Below the pieces are notes generated by a model. That model had not been told where the DNA came from. It made no database searches and worked only from the letters and a program-made list of their open reading frames with translations. A stretch of DNA of 64,000 bases from Candidatus Heimdallarchaeum aukensis. Its GTDB lineage: Archaea; Asgardarchaeota; Heimdallarchaeia; Heimdallarchaeales; Heimdallarchaeaceae. Below are positions 28,848 to 39,953 of this stretch, piece after piece. The stretch's first letter is position 1. Each line of letters starts with the position of its first letter. Position numbers and translations under genes: made by a program. The stretch spans positions 1,920,001 to 1,984,000 of the forward strand of contig CP084166.1 of the NCBI GenBank assembly GCA_021513695.1, read 5' to 3'.

Positions 28848-30962
28848 ATGGATAATTTAAAAGAAATAATAGACAAAATAGTTTTGGAAACAGGAAAAAC
28901 GAAAGATGAAATTTATAAATTGATATCGGAACACAAGGAAAAACTAGGAGATCTCGTTACAGAAATAGGTGCAGCACATATTGTTGCAAAAGATCTCAAT
29001 GTTGACTTATCGTCAAAAGAGGAAATTGAAAAAGCTTTACCTGTTACAACCCCAATTAAAGATTTAGTGCCAAATTTGAACAATGTTTCAATATTTGGTA
29101 GAATTTTAAGGATATACGGAGAATATACTTTTCAATCAAAAACAGATAATAGAGAAGGAGTTTTACAATCATTAATTGTTGAAGATAAAACAGGAACAAT
29201 AAGAGTTGTTTGCTGGAATCAAAAGGTAACAGATTTAAGAAATGCAAATTGTAAAATTGGTGACCCTATCAGGATTATAGGAGCTTATACGAAGGAAGGA
29301 AGAAATGGAGAGTGTGAGCTACATGTTGGAAACAAAGGATATGTACAAATTCGTCCGTCAGATATTAGTGAAGCGGATTTGCCAGAATATAAGATCGATG
29401 CATATAAAATAAAAACAATTAAAGGAAATGAAAAGGATATAGCAATCTTTGGAAAAATAACTAAAAAGGACGAAGAAATACTAAATTTTCAAAGAAATGA
29501 TGGAACAGAAGGATATAAGGTTACAGTTATTATTGGAGACGAAACAGGAGAAGTGATAGTTAACTGTTGGAATGAATTAGCACCAGAAATTTCACAATTT
29601 AAAGTAGGAGATCTAGTGTATATTAATGGACTAAATGCCAAAATTAGAGGCGATGGACAAATAGAATTACAGTCTACACGAGTAAGTAAGATCATAAAAT
29701 TGGATGCTGAAAAAGAGGTTAAGGTAAAAAAAGAACTAATACGAGCAAACAATATTGAAAATATAGAATTAGAACCTCTGCAGAGCATAAATGAACCAAA
29801 CAAAATGGTTTCAACTAAGGGAATTATTACTTCTATAATGCCCATAAGAGAATTTAAGAGAAACGACGGAACAGTGGGACTAGTTCGTAACTTAATTATT
29901 TCAGATGGAACTGCTTCAATTCGCGTTGTATTATGGGATAATAACGCCAAAAAAATAAACGAAGAAGATCTTCATAAACAACTAAAGATAATAGGAGGAT
30001 ATACAAAGAAAAACGATAATTTTGGGCTAGAAATATACTGTGGGAACCAAACAAATATTGTAATTGATGAAATTAAGGAAGAACTCAAAGATTTAGGTAT
30101 AAAAATCACAAATATTAACGAAATTTCGAGTGAAACAGAGATAGTAAATGTAAGAGGAGTTATAACAAACTTAGAACCGATAAGGGAGATTCAGACAAAG
30201 ACGGGAGAAACAGTAGAGCTACAAACGTTTAATTTGAATGATAATACTGGAAAGATTCGTGTAACATGTTGGCGAAATAATGTTAAAAAATTAATGAATT
30301 TCTCAGATAACGATTATGTCCAAATAATAAATGCAAAAGTCAAAATAAATGAAAATTACCCCCCAGATTTGATAGTCACAAATAGCACTGTTCTGATAAA
30401 GATTAATAAAAAACCAGATGAGGAGCTAGGATTTGTTTCAGGAAATAAGATTGCAGAAATTGAATTGTCTAAAGAGAAAATCATAGACTTAGATGAGATA
30501 AAACAAGGAGAAAAAGTGATAGTAGAAGGAACAATAATACATTTGTATGATAGACCATTTATTTACTATTTGTGCAAAGAGTGTGGAAAGAAAGTTTCTA
30601 TCGATAGTAATGGACAATTTATATGCCCTACGCATAATATGATCTCTGATGCTGATTCTCTGCTTATTTTCAATTTTGTAATAAATGATGGAACAGAGAA
30701 TTTAAACATAGTTTGCAGTAGAAAAACGGCTGAACAAGTAATAGGAATGGATACACAAGCGATTATATCTTTGATCAAAGAGAGTGAGTCGGATAAAGCA
30801 CCATATATGTACTTGAAAAATAAAAACTTCATTGGAAAACTTGTTAGAATTACAGGCTTTGCTAGACTGAATAATTATCTTAATGTTATAGAAGTCAGTG
30901 CATCAAAAGTGGACTTTTTAGATCATCGTGAAGGAGCTAATGAAGTATTAAAATTAATTTAA
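28848..30962 (+). CDS. rpa: replication protein A (RPA)-like ssDNA-binding protein with multiple OB folds and a C-terminal zinc ribbon
   Basis: Repeated OB-fold-like modules (...IRVVCWNQ..., ...IVNCWNE..., ...IRVTCWRN...) and CKECGKK...CPTHN. Confidence 0.7.
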   Translation: MDNLKEIIDKIVLETGKTKDEIYKLISEHKEKLGDLVTEIGAAHIVAKDLNVDLSSKEEIEKALPVTTPIKDLVPNLNNVSIFGRILRIYGEYTFQSKTDNREGVLQSLIVEDKTGTIRVVCWNQKVTDLRNANCKIGDPIRIIGAYTKEGRNGECELHVGNKGYVQIRPSDISEADLPEYKIDAYKIKTIKGNEKDIAIFGKITKKDEEILNFQRNDGTEGYKVTVIIGDETGEVIVNCWNELAPEISQFKVGDLVYINGLNAKIRGDGQIELQSTRVSKIIKLDAEKEVKVKKELIRANNIENIELEPLQSINEPNKMVSTKGIITSIMPIREFKRNDGTVGLVRNLIISDGTASIRVVLWDNNAKKINEEDLHKQLKIIGGYTKKNDNFGLEIYCGNQTNIVIDEIKEELKDLGIKITNINEISSETEIVNVRGVITNLEPIREIQTKTGETVELQTFNLNDNTGKIRVTCWRNNVKKLMNFSDNDYVQIINAKVKINENYPPDLIVTNSTVLIKINKKPDEELGFVSGNKIAEIELSKEKIIDLDEIKQGEKVIVEGTIIHLYDRPFIYYLCKECGKKVSIDSNGQFICPTHNMISDADSLLIFNFVINDGTENLNIVCSRKTAEQVIGMDTQAIISLIKESESDKAPYMYLKNKNFIGKLVRITGFARLNNYLNVIEVSASKVDFLDHREGANEVLKLI

Positions 30963-30989
30963 CAAAAGGAAGAAATAAAGAGGAATAAT

Positions 30990-31241
30990 CTATTCAGAAT
31001 CGGATGATCCTGTGTGAAATGCATGAAAGAAAAGTCCAAAAAATGCTCCCAATATTGCCAGTATAATAGTCAACACATATACTACATTAAAGTCCATATT
31101 AATCATCTCACCCATTTTATTCCTATTAATAAGCATTTCGTTATCTGGAATACATATCAACTCGATTTTTGTACAAACTAGTTGTACGTCAATCTTGCTC
31201 GCGGAGAAGTCAAAAATTTTAGAAAAAGTAAGTTTAACCAA
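30990..31241 (-). CDS. small membrane protein (hypothetical)
   Basis: 83 aa with one C-terminal hydrophobic helix. Confidence 0.3.
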   Translation of the reverse strand: MVKLTFSKIFDFSASKIDVQLVCTKIELICIPDNEMLINRNKMGEMINMDFNVVYVLTIILAILGAFFGLFFHAFHTGSSDSE

Positions 31242-31376
31242 TTACGTGACAGAACAGCCTAGAGAAAATCTTACAGAAAATTCTTGATAATTACTTTAAA
31301 TTATAACTTCTTGAGCACAATACAATTTTGGGAATAGTTTGTCATTTTAGCCTTAATTCTTTAAAATAATAAAAAA

Positions 31377-32135
31377 TTATTTTTTGATTAATATTTTTTT
31401 ATCGATAGGATATAAAGTGAACCTATCTGGATTCTCTTTAACAATTTTAAACAGAATAGGTTCAATAAAAGATGCGGGAATATCAACCTCTGTTGAAATT
31501 TCGTCGAATGATATTTCTAGGGAGCTTTGGCTTTGTTCTTCAATTATCTGAATTACCAACTGGAAGGTTTGTTGCTCTGAAAGGAATATGGAATTACTTT
31601 TTATTGCTCCTTTAACTTCATTATCATTTAAAAGGGACTTGGCAAGTTTAAGAATGATTTCTTCATCCAAACCAAGCTCATCAGACAGATTCTTAAGAGA
31701 GAACTCTTCTTCACATTTCATTAAATTGTCTTTTAGGAGAGAGTAAACATAATTATAAGAGTAATAGAAGGTATGACCCAAAAAACCTTTTCCAAATTTT
31801 TGAAGTACAGAAGACAACAATTTCTCACTTATAGGCCATTGTTTTTTTAGATTTTGTATATCAAATTTACCTGTTTGCTTAAGCTTTTGTTCTATTTCTA
31901 CCATCAATTTTTCCTCAAGTGAAAAAAAGTATTTTTTCTTGGGTAAGAAAATACCAGAGATTAAACTTTCTGCTAGTAATCTATTTACTATATCAACTCT
32001 TTGATTATATGCTAGCTTTGTTTCTATTTTAGCTAAATTAGCGTATCTCTTTTCATCTAATATCTTGTAAAATTTTTCAATGAAATCTTTCTCTTTACTT
32101 ACAAACAGTGAACGTAAGAAACCAATTAATTTCAT
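31377..32135 (-). CDS. hypothetical protein
   Basis: 252 aa; no family recognised. Confidence 0.4.
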   Translation of the reverse strand: MKLIGFLRSLFVSKEKDFIEKFYKILDEKRYANLAKIETKLAYNQRVDIVNRLLAESLISGIFLPKKKYFFSLEEKLMVEIEQKLKQTGKFDIQNLKKQWPISEKLLSSVLQKFGKGFLGHTFYYSYNYVYSLLKDNLMKCEEEFSLKNLSDELGLDEEIILKLAKSLLNDNEVKGAIKSNSIFLSEQQTFQLVIQIIEEQSQSSLEISFDEISTEVDIPASFIEPILFKIVKENPDRFTLYPIDKKILIKK

Positions 32136-32203
32136 TTATACAAACCTTCCTTTTCATCTCAAAGATTTTTTTGGCCTTTATATAATTTTCATATGTATAG
32201 TAA

Positions 32204-33136
32204 TTGATAATAATGGAAAACATAGATAGAATCTCTTCAGGAATTAATGGAATAGATAAATTGCTCTATGGAGGATTTATAAAAAACTCGATCAATTCTA
32301 TTGTTGGGAGTAGTGGAACTGGAAAAACAACTTTTGCATTAGCATACCTACAACAAGGAATAATGGCAGGAGACGATGTTTTATATTTGTCATTTGAAGA
32401 AGAACCGAAGAAGTTAATATCAGAAGGAAAATCTCTCGGTATTAATCTTGAAGAAAAGCACGAAAACATAAGTGAAGTCATTCATTTAGTAGAAAGTGAG
32501 AAAATAGTAGAGTTTATGACAGAGATATTACCTGCACTTGCAAAAAAACTTAAAACTCAACAAGTTAAGCACACAAGAATTGTATTAGATCCTTTAACCC
32601 CAATTCTTTGGGAATTCACATCAGAAAGAGAGCAAAGAAGAGTTTTGACAAAAGTCTATAATTACTTAAGCTCTTTAGGAACAGTATTACAAACAGTAGA
32701 AGAACCGAATGCATTTGGGCAAACAGATATTGGTGCAAGTGAGACAAGAGTGCCAATTTACTTATCAGATACTGTTATCCACATCCAAAACTTAGGTTTA
32801 GGTGGAAAGTACAACCGAACTTGTAAAGTAATAAAATCACGGAAGACTGCACATTTAGAAGGAATTTACCCATTAAGATTTAACTATGGAACAGGAATTG
32901 AAATTGAAACAGGGGTTGAACATGAAACATCTTTTAACGCATACTTAGTGGAAAGAAAAAAAGAAATTTTAGAAAAATTGAAACTATGGTCTAAATCTAA
33001 TGATAAAAAACAGCGTGCAATAGCTGAAATTGGGATTGATCTAATAAAAAAACCAAATAGGAAAAATCAAGAGACAACTTACGAGATAATAAAATTACTT
33101 GCAGATAGTGGTATAGTTCAAGAGGTAAAAAGATGA
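32204..33136 (+). CDS. KaiC/RadA-like RecA-superfamily ATPase
   Basis: Walker A GSSGTGKTTFAL and a KaiC-like architecture. Confidence 0.6.
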   Translation: MIIMENIDRISSGINGIDKLLYGGFIKNSINSIVGSSGTGKTTFALAYLQQGIMAGDDVLYLSFEEEPKKLISEGKSLGINLEEKHENISEVIHLVESEKIVEFMTEILPALAKKLKTQQVKHTRIVLDPLTPILWEFTSEREQRRVLTKVYNYLSSLGTVLQTVEEPNAFGQTDIGASETRVPIYLSDTVIHIQNLGLGGKYNRTCKVIKSRKTAHLEGIYPLRFNYGTGIEIETGVEHETSFNAYLVERKKEILEKLKLWSKSNDKKQRAIAEIGIDLIKKPNRKNQETTYEIIKLLADSGIVQEVKR

Positions 33137-33492
33137 GTTCTATTAATAGAATAAAATCTGAATTAGAAGATTTACTTGAATTAGAAGATGTAGAAGCAGT
33201 GGTATTGTTTAGAATCGACGGAAGTGTAATTGAATCATCATTTGACAATAATTACACAAGCAGAAAAATAAGAGTGTTACAATGGTGTAAAGATAATATC
33301 CCAAGAGTTTCACAAGAAATGAGAGGGAATAACCTTCAAAAAGTCACTTATGAGCTTTCTGACACATGTATTCTATTTTTTGCTATAGGAAAAATTGGAA
33401 TATTGACAACGTTAGCGAACAATACTGCAAATTTGAGTCTATTAGCTGTAGAAACAAAAAGAAAAGCTAGTATAATTGAGAACTATATGTGA
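33133..33492 (+). CDS. Roadblock/LC7 (MglB-like) domain protein
   Basis: 119 aa. The start overlaps the upstream stop (ATGA). Confidence 0.55.
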   Translation: MSSINRIKSELEDLLELEDVEAVVLFRIDGSVIESSFDNNYTSRKIRVLQWCKDNIPRVSQEMRGNNLQKVTYELSDTCILFFAIGKIGILTTLANNTANLSLLAVETKRKASIIENYM

Positions 33493-33501
33493 GGGGTTTT
33501 T

Positions 33502-34809
33502 TTGCAAGTAAATTCAGGAATAGTGAGTAATCGCTCTCTCAAAAAAGTAGTAAAAGGGTTAATTAATGATGTAATTTTTGAAATTAAAGGCATACCTGAT
33601 TTCTTACTAATAGCTTTTACATCAAAATATAAGCGATCAGACTATAAAAAAGCACTAGAATTAATAACACAAGAAACAGGAATAAAAAATTTAATTGGAG
33701 GGACATTTCCAACCATAGGAGTCCAAAATGAAATTCCAACAACTCAAGGAGGGGCAGCGTTTACTTTCAAGGGAAACGAAATAAAAGTTCAAAGACCAGT
33801 CATCTACAAAAATATTAGAACAAAGAAAAAGAAGTTTATCAGTGAGTTTCCAAGAATCTACAATTCTATAAAAGCAAAATCAAAAATATCTTTTGTCCTT
33901 TCTACGGGACCAAAACTTCAACCAAATGCGATGGAACAGCTAAAATTACTTGATAGTTATCCTGCAATAAAATATCAAAACATGTTCAATGTACTTGGTT
34001 CAGGGTTGGAATGGTTCTTAGGAAAACAAGGTCTAGGAACTGGAAGTTATATAGATGAATTATTAAATTATTTAGCAATAAATAATGTTTCAGACTTAAT
34101 TGGTGGTGCAACTTTTGATATTGATCTACAAGACAACTATCAGTTTGTAAATAATTTCATTCATAGCAATTCTTTAGTAGGCACCAGTTTCTCATCCGAT
34201 ACGATTAAATTCGGACATAGTTGGGCCTTTGATAAATCAGAAAAGACTAGAGAATACTCTATCACTCATAAATTGAAGAGTGGATATATCCAGAAAATAA
34301 ACGGAGAAAGAGCAAATAACCAGCTTCTACAAATAATGGATCTCCCGAGTAACATATACAATGAATTTTTTGAGAGATTTTCTTACGCAAACGCACTTTA
34401 TCTTTCAGGAATTAAAGAAGAAGATGGCGACTATCATCCATTTATGACAGCAAATCATCCAAAGCTGAAAGGAGTTGTTTCTACCCTACCTCCGAGTAAA
34501 ATAACTAAAAAACCTATAAAAGCAGAGCTGTTCACACAGTCAGGATTGGGAATACAAAGATCAGCTTATGAGTGTGCAAATAAAGCAGTAAAAGAAATTA
34601 TTAATCCAAAATTCGGAATTTTCATCAATTGTGCAAATAGGTTATTGATTGCAGGAGACAAGATTGCTGAAGAAAATAAGAAACTTGCAGAAAGGTTAGG
34701 AGAAGATGTGCCATTCATCACTTTATATTCTGGTTGTGAATTCTCAATTTTCAATAAAAAACCAATGTATACAACTGTTTCTATCCATGGACTCGTAGCT
34801 GGAGAATAA
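33502..34809 (+). CDS. hypothetical protein (operon partner of a small GTPase)
   Basis: 435 aa; no family recognised with confidence. Confidence 0.45.
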   Translation: MQVNSGIVSNRSLKKVVKGLINDVIFEIKGIPDFLLIAFTSKYKRSDYKKALELITQETGIKNLIGGTFPTIGVQNEIPTTQGGAAFTFKGNEIKVQRPVIYKNIRTKKKKFISEFPRIYNSIKAKSKISFVLSTGPKLQPNAMEQLKLLDSYPAIKYQNMFNVLGSGLEWFLGKQGLGTGSYIDELLNYLAINNVSDLIGGATFDIDLQDNYQFVNNFIHSNSLVGTSFSSDTIKFGHSWAFDKSEKTREYSITHKLKSGYIQKINGERANNQLLQIMDLPSNIYNEFFERFSYANALYLSGIKEEDGDYHPFMTANHPKLKGVVSTLPPSKITKKPIKAELFTQSGLGIQRSAYECANKAVKEIINPKFGIFINCANRLLIAGDKIAEENKKLAERLGEDVPFITLYSGCEFSIFNKKPMYTTVSIHGLVAGE

Positions 34810-34851
34810 AAAATTGTGGTGTTTTAAATAGTTAAAGTAGTTGACTTAACA

Positions 34852-35439
34852 ATGATCTCGGAAAATTGGAAAACAAAAAAAACTCTGAAAATTGCAATAT
34901 TGGGTGAAGGTTCTGTAGGAAAGACAACAATATCAAAAAAATATTCTGAAGACTTATCTGAAACAGAAAAAATTACAATGACAAAAGGAGTCGACATTGC
35001 GGTAAAGAATCTTATTCATAAATCTACGCCCATTGCTTTACAAATTTGGGATTTTGCGGGTCAAAAGCAGTTTCGATTTATGATTGATATTTTCCTAAGA
35101 GGAGTAAAAGGAATCGTATATGTCTATGACGTAAACGATATAGAAACATTATACCTGCTTTATGAATTTGTAGAAATTGTGCGAAATTATTTTAAAGAAA
35201 ATAATATCTCCCAGGTCCCAGAAGTACTTGTAGGAAACAAAATTGATATTGGTGATGCAGAAGTTTCAATTGAAGATATATACAGCTTTATGAATACTCA
35301 CAACATTGAAAAGCATTTTCTCGTTAGCGGAATGTATGGAGATAATGTTTATCCATTATTTGATTATTTAATAGAAAAAATAGTCTTTGATGAGTCTAAG
35401 GAGCATATCTCTACAATAAATCAATATTCACTTAAATAA
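34852..35439 (+). CDS. Ras-superfamily small GTPase
   Basis: G1 GEGSVGKTT, G3 WDFAGQ, G4 GNKID. 195 aa. Confidence 0.75.
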   Translation: MISENWKTKKTLKIAILGEGSVGKTTISKKYSEDLSETEKITMTKGVDIAVKNLIHKSTPIALQIWDFAGQKQFRFMIDIFLRGVKGIVYVYDVNDIETLYLLYEFVEIVRNYFKENNISQVPEVLVGNKIDIGDAEVSIEDIYSFMNTHNIEKHFLVSGMYGDNVYPLFDYLIEKIVFDESKEHISTINQYSLK

Positions 35440-35494
35440 TGACTATAACTCTTTCAATTTCATATGTTTTACAAACTGATAAAGGGAGAAAAAA

Positions 35495-35815
35495 ATGGAA
35501 AAATTTCAACAATTCATTAATAAAACTCTTGTCTGTTCTAAATGTAATAGAAAATTAGACTTCAAAATCGATAGGAAACAACTTGAAGAATTAAGGAATA
35601 GCCAATTATTCAACTTTGTTATAATGCATGCCAACGATCATACTTTAGTAATTTCGGTTGATGGAAGGGGGGAAATTAGAAGATCAAGAATTGCAACCTT
35701 GAATGCTATTGAAGAAGAGAAAAAAAGTAATAATGCTTTTCAAGATATCCAAATTATTGAAGAAAGTAATAACTTACGAGAAGCTTTTGTAAACTGGTTT
35801 GAAAAAAAGAAGTAA
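35495..35815 (+). CDS. hypothetical protein
   Basis: 106 aa, preceded by the SD agggag. Confidence 0.4.
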   Translation: MEKFQQFINKTLVCSKCNRKLDFKIDRKQLEELRNSQLFNFVIMHANDHTLVISVDGRGEIRRSRIATLNAIEEEKKSNNAFQDIQIIEESNNLREAFVNWFEKKK

Positions 35816-35826
35816 AAAGAGAGAAA

Positions 35827-37119
35827 TTATTTAGGAACTACGTCCTTAACTATTCCTACAGCAACAGTTTGACCCATATCTCTAACTGCAAAACGGCCAA
35901 GTTCTGGGAATTCACTGTATTTTTCAATAACCATGTCTCTTGTGGGGATCATTTTAACTATTGCTCCATCCCCATTCTTCAAGAAGGCTGGCTTATCTTC
36001 GGTTTGGCCTTTACTCATCTTTTTAACAAGTTCAGCAAATCTTACAGCAACTTGGGCAGTTCCTGCATGAATTACTGGAGTGTAACCTGCAGCTATAGCT
36101 GATGGATGTCTAATAACTTGTACTTGAGCTGTGAACTCTGCTGCGATGGTTGGTGGGTTTGAAACATGTCCTACAACGTCTCCTCTACGAACATCTTTCT
36201 TTGATAACCCTTTGCAACTAAATCCGATGTTGTCACCAGGTTCAGCTTTAGGAATTTGCTCATGATGCATTTCAATAGACATGACTTTTGCTTTTTTACC
36301 AGTTGGTTGGAAGATAACTTCATCATTTGGTTTAAGAACACCAGTCTCCACTCTTCCTACTGGAACAGTTCCTATACCAGTAATTGTGTAGACATCTTGA
36401 ACGGGTAATCTAAGAGGTTTGTCTATTGGTTTCTTTGGTACTTCAAATTTATCTAAGGCTTCTAGAATTGTTGGTCCTTTATACCATGGCATTTTGGTGG
36501 ATTTATCTTTTAAGTTATCTCCATCCATACCACTGCAAGGAACAAATTCGACCTTATCTAAATTAAAACCAAAACGTTTTAATTCACGACCCATTTCGTT
36601 TTTAATTTCTTCGTATCGTTCTTGTTTATAATCTGCAAGATCCATTTTATTAACTGCAACAAGGAACTGATCGACACCCAATGTTTTTGCAAGAAGAGCA
36701 TGCTCTCTTGTTTGACCAGTTGCGCTAATTCCTGCCTCAAACTCTCCAGTTCCAGCGCTGACTACTAAGATAGCGGCATCTGCTTGTGAAGTTCCTGTGA
36801 TCATGTTTTTAACAAAGTCTCTATGGCCTGGAGCATCAATGATTGTGAAATAATATTTGTTGGTTTCGAATTTGTAGAAAGCAAGATCGATGGTTACTCC
36901 TCTTTCTCTCTCTTCCTTGAGCTTATCTAAGACCCAAGCAAATTTGAAACTTCCACGGCCGATAGATTCTGCTTCTTTTTCATATTTTGCCATTTCTCTT
37001 TCGCTTATGCCTCCGCATAAATAAAGTAAATGGCCAGTCATTGTTGATTTTCCATGATCAACATGACCAATGATTACTAAATTTAAGTGTGGTTTTTCCT
37101 TTGAACTCATATTTAACAC
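35827..37119 (-). CDS. tuf: translation elongation factor 1-alpha
   Basis: [17 protein letters not shown] and NKMD motifs. 430 aa. Confidence 0.95.
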   Translation of the reverse strand: MLNMSSKEKPHLNLVIIGHVDHGKSTMTGHLLYLCGGISEREMAKYEKEAESIGRGSFKFAWVLDKLKEERERGVTIDLAFYKFETNKYYFTIIDAPGHRDFVKNMITGTSQADAAILVVSAGTGEFEAGISATGQTREHALLAKTLGVDQFLVAVNKMDLADYKQERYEEIKNEMGRELKRFGFNLDKVEFVPCSGMDGDNLKDKSTKMPWYKGPTILEALDKFEVPKKPIDKPLRLPVQDVYTITGIGTVPVGRVETGVLKPNDEVIFQPTGKKAKVMSIEMHHEQIPKAEPGDNIGFSCKGLSKKDVRRGDVVGHVSNPPTIAAEFTAQVQVIRHPSAIAAGYTPVIHAGTAQVAVRFAELVKKMSKGQTEDKPAFLKNGDGAIVKMIPTRDMVIEKYSEFPELGRFAVRDMGQTVAVGIVKDVVPK

Positions 37120-37605
37120 CTTTAAGTTTCTAGATGTACTTACTATTATTCAAGTTGTACTTGAATAACACCCAAAGGTTCATTTTTAAAAGCATTTTGG
37201 TTTTGATGTTTTTTGCTAGAGGTTAGCTAACATCAGATTTCTTTGAGTTCTTGTGGTTTTGGGGTGAATAGTGACTGTAATGCTTCTCGAAATATCTCTT
37301 TGAAAGGGCTAAAGGAACTTTGTTTGTCCTTCACTAATTTCTGGTCTTCTTCTCTTCATTTCTCACGTGAGAAGAAAAAACCTTTTTTCTGGTTTTAGTG
37401 CTCGAGAAGTGCTCAATCTTCTCTTCTGGTACAATAAGTGGTTAGTTTTTCTCTCTTAACTTTCCTTTGAGTAAAATTACGTCGAACAATTTGTACAAAA
37501 ATTAAGTTTATGAAAATTTATTGTAAAAAAACTTTTTAAAAAATCGACCCTCACCAAATAAGCAATAATGAATATAGAAATATAAAAAATGACAAGATTT
37601 AACAA

Positions 37606-38433
37606 ATGTTAAAAACTGTTAAGTATATGAGCTTTGACAAAACAATTTTATTAACCAATGATGATGGAATTGCTTCATTAGGTCTACAAAGTTTAAGGAG
37701 AGAATTAGCAGAATTAGGGAATGTTATCTGTATTGCCCCAAGGTCCCCAAGTTCTGCAATATCAAAAGCTCTTACTTTCCATAAACCAATAAGGTACAGA
37801 TCAGTAAAATTTGAAGGAGGACAAAAAGGTTATAGTACTTCAGGTTCTCCTGCTGATAATGTACTAGTTGGCTTTCATTTACTAAATAGAAAACCAGATA
37901 TTGTAGTTTCAGGTATAAATTATGGAGATAATAGTTCAATTCACTCCGTTTTAACATCTGGTACCTGTGCTGCTGCATTTGAAGCAGCCTTAAATGGTGT
38001 TCCCGCAATTGCTTTTTCATCAGATGTTGCAGATGATGCACAATTAATAGAACAAGATGGAGTAAACTTTGAACCAATGGCAAAGATTGCAAAAAATATA
38101 ACAAAAGTAGTATTAGAAACAGAGTGGCCAAAAAATTTAGCTTTTTTGAATGTTAATTTTCCTGTAGAAATTACAGACGAAACAGAGATGTTTATAACTT
38201 TTCCAAATTTATACAAATATGATAACTACATGATCGCAAAAAAAGATCCGAGAGGACTACCTTATCTTTGGCTGTGGGGAGAAAGAAAAAAATCCTTTCC
38301 AGAAGGTTCAGACACATGGGCAGTTATTGAAAAAAAGGCCATCAGTATTACTCCTATCGGATTTAATCTTCATGCAAAAACAGAAGAAACATCAAAATTT
38401 TTAGAATATATTCAAAACAAAGTTAAGGGTTAA
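37606..38433 (+). CDS. surE: 5'/3'-nucleotidase SurE
   Basis: N-terminal LLTNDDGIAS signature. 275 aa. Confidence 0.85.
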   Translation: MLKTVKYMSFDKTILLTNDDGIASLGLQSLRRELAELGNVICIAPRSPSSAISKALTFHKPIRYRSVKFEGGQKGYSTSGSPADNVLVGFHLLNRKPDIVVSGINYGDNSSIHSVLTSGTCAAAFEAALNGVPAIAFSSDVADDAQLIEQDGVNFEPMAKIAKNITKVVLETEWPKNLAFLNVNFPVEITDETEMFITFPNLYKYDNYMIAKKDPRGLPYLWLWGERKKSFPEGSDTWAVIEKKAISITPIGFNLHAKTEETSKFLEYIQNKVKG

Positions 38434-38452
38434 GACTACAATTAATAAAAAA

Positions 38453-39859
38453 TTAACTATTAACATTTTTTTCTCCATAGTAAATAATAGACCACGGATA
38501 TTTAACTACGATTTCACTAATTACTCTACGGACTTTATTCTGTTCTGAGGTGTTATTATAAAATAAAATAAACACCTTTCCTCCTCGACTACGTTTCATC
38601 TTCTGATATACAGTTTTTGGACTATTAACTAAATCATAAACAATTAATACATCTGTTTGTGGAATATCAAGGTCACGTTCTCCAACAGAAGAAATTAATA
38701 ATACAGATTTTTCTTTCGCATTTTTAAAATTTATAAGAGGTTCCGCTTTTATAGTTGTTTTTCCTTCTAATACATAAACATTATAGCCAATAGATAAAAA
38801 TTGTTTTTTTAATGAGTAAATAGATGATAAATATGAACATAAAATAACAACTTTTTTGAATCTTTGCGCGACTTTTATTGTATAATTTTCTTTTCCTGTT
38901 TTCTGAGGATAGGGGGGCAATTGTTCAGGAGAAAATCCAAATCTAAGTAGATGTTTCCAAAAAGAGGAAACAGGCATAGAATAAACGTATTTCCTTAAAA
39001 TTAAAAGGTGATTTAACTTTTTTATTATTTCAGGTTCAATATCGAGAAATTGAAGATCATTTAAGAACATCTCATCGTTCTGAAGCTCACTAGAATGATC
39101 TTTCTTTATATTATCCTCTATTTTTTTAATTTCAAGTGATAGGAAATCTATAACTTCTTTTATTGAATCATCGTTTACTGGGTGAAGATAAATTTCTGTA
39201 TGGGTAATATAATTATTAATATCTGTTTTATTAAGATCTTCAAGATAAATGATATCAGTATTTGGAAAAAAGTCTAATAACGTAGACAATTCTTTTCTTT
39301 TGAAAACTTTCTTATCACTAGAGATTGTATGATAATCTCTTAAAGTCCCACTCATTCCTATAAATCTACAATGACTAAATCTAGATATTATGTGATTCCA
39401 TGGATTTCGCAATACTGTGTTATAACTAATTCTTCGAATTATAGTATCGATTTCATTTATAATTATTATATTAAAGGAAGATGCAATATTAGGGTACTTT
39501 TTGATTGTATTCATAAAAGATAAAGGTAGTGTAAGTATTATCCTGCTATTTTCTAAGATATATTTTCTTTGGATTGAACTGTGTTTTGAATGAACAACCC
39601 CTAAATCTTCAATGCCTCCATATCTATTGTTTAAGTAATCTTCTGTTTCTTGTAAACTTGATTGATTTTGAAGAAAAATCAAGATTTTCTCTTTTAAAAA
39701 AGCTTCTACTATTAAACGATAAATAATTACTCTTTTTCCCATCCCACAATCAAGTTCTAAAATAACATTCCGATTGTTATTAACAGAAGTCAAAATACGA
39801 TCAATTATATAGTTTTGATACTCACGATTCTCAATTCGATTTGATTCCAAAATCCTCAA
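38453..39859 (-). CDS. SF2 helicase-like protein (degenerate DExH motifs)
   Basis: Q-like REYQ motif; motif I LDCGMGKR; motif II-like IIINEID; SGT motif; C-terminal RecA-like domain. Confidence 0.45.
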   Translation of the reverse strand: MRILESNRIENREYQNYIIDRILTSVNNNRNVILELDCGMGKRVIIYRLIVEAFLKEKILIFLQNQSSLQETEDYLNNRYGGIEDLGVVHSKHSSIQRKYILENSRIILTLPLSFMNTIKKYPNIASSFNIIIINEIDTIIRRISYNTVLRNPWNHIISRFSHCRFIGMSGTLRDYHTISSDKKVFKRKELSTLLDFFPNTDIIYLEDLNKTDINNYITHTEIYLHPVNDDSIKEVIDFLSLEIKKIEDNIKKDHSSELQNDEMFLNDLQFLDIEPEIIKKLNHLLILRKYVYSMPVSSFWKHLLRFGFSPEQLPPYPQKTGKENYTIKVAQRFKKVVILCSYLSSIYSLKKQFLSIGYNVYVLEGKTTIKAEPLINFKNAKEKSVLLISSVGERDLDIPQTDVLIVYDLVNSPKTVYQKMKRSRGGKVFILFYNNTSEQNKVRRVISEIVVKYPWSIIYYGEKNVNS

Positions 39860-39953
39860 AATAATAAACGAGATTTCTCTATATAAAGTTAAAGAATTAT
39901 AACATAGCTGGTATTTTTGGAGTTTAAATATTTTCGTAGTATATCTCTAATGA

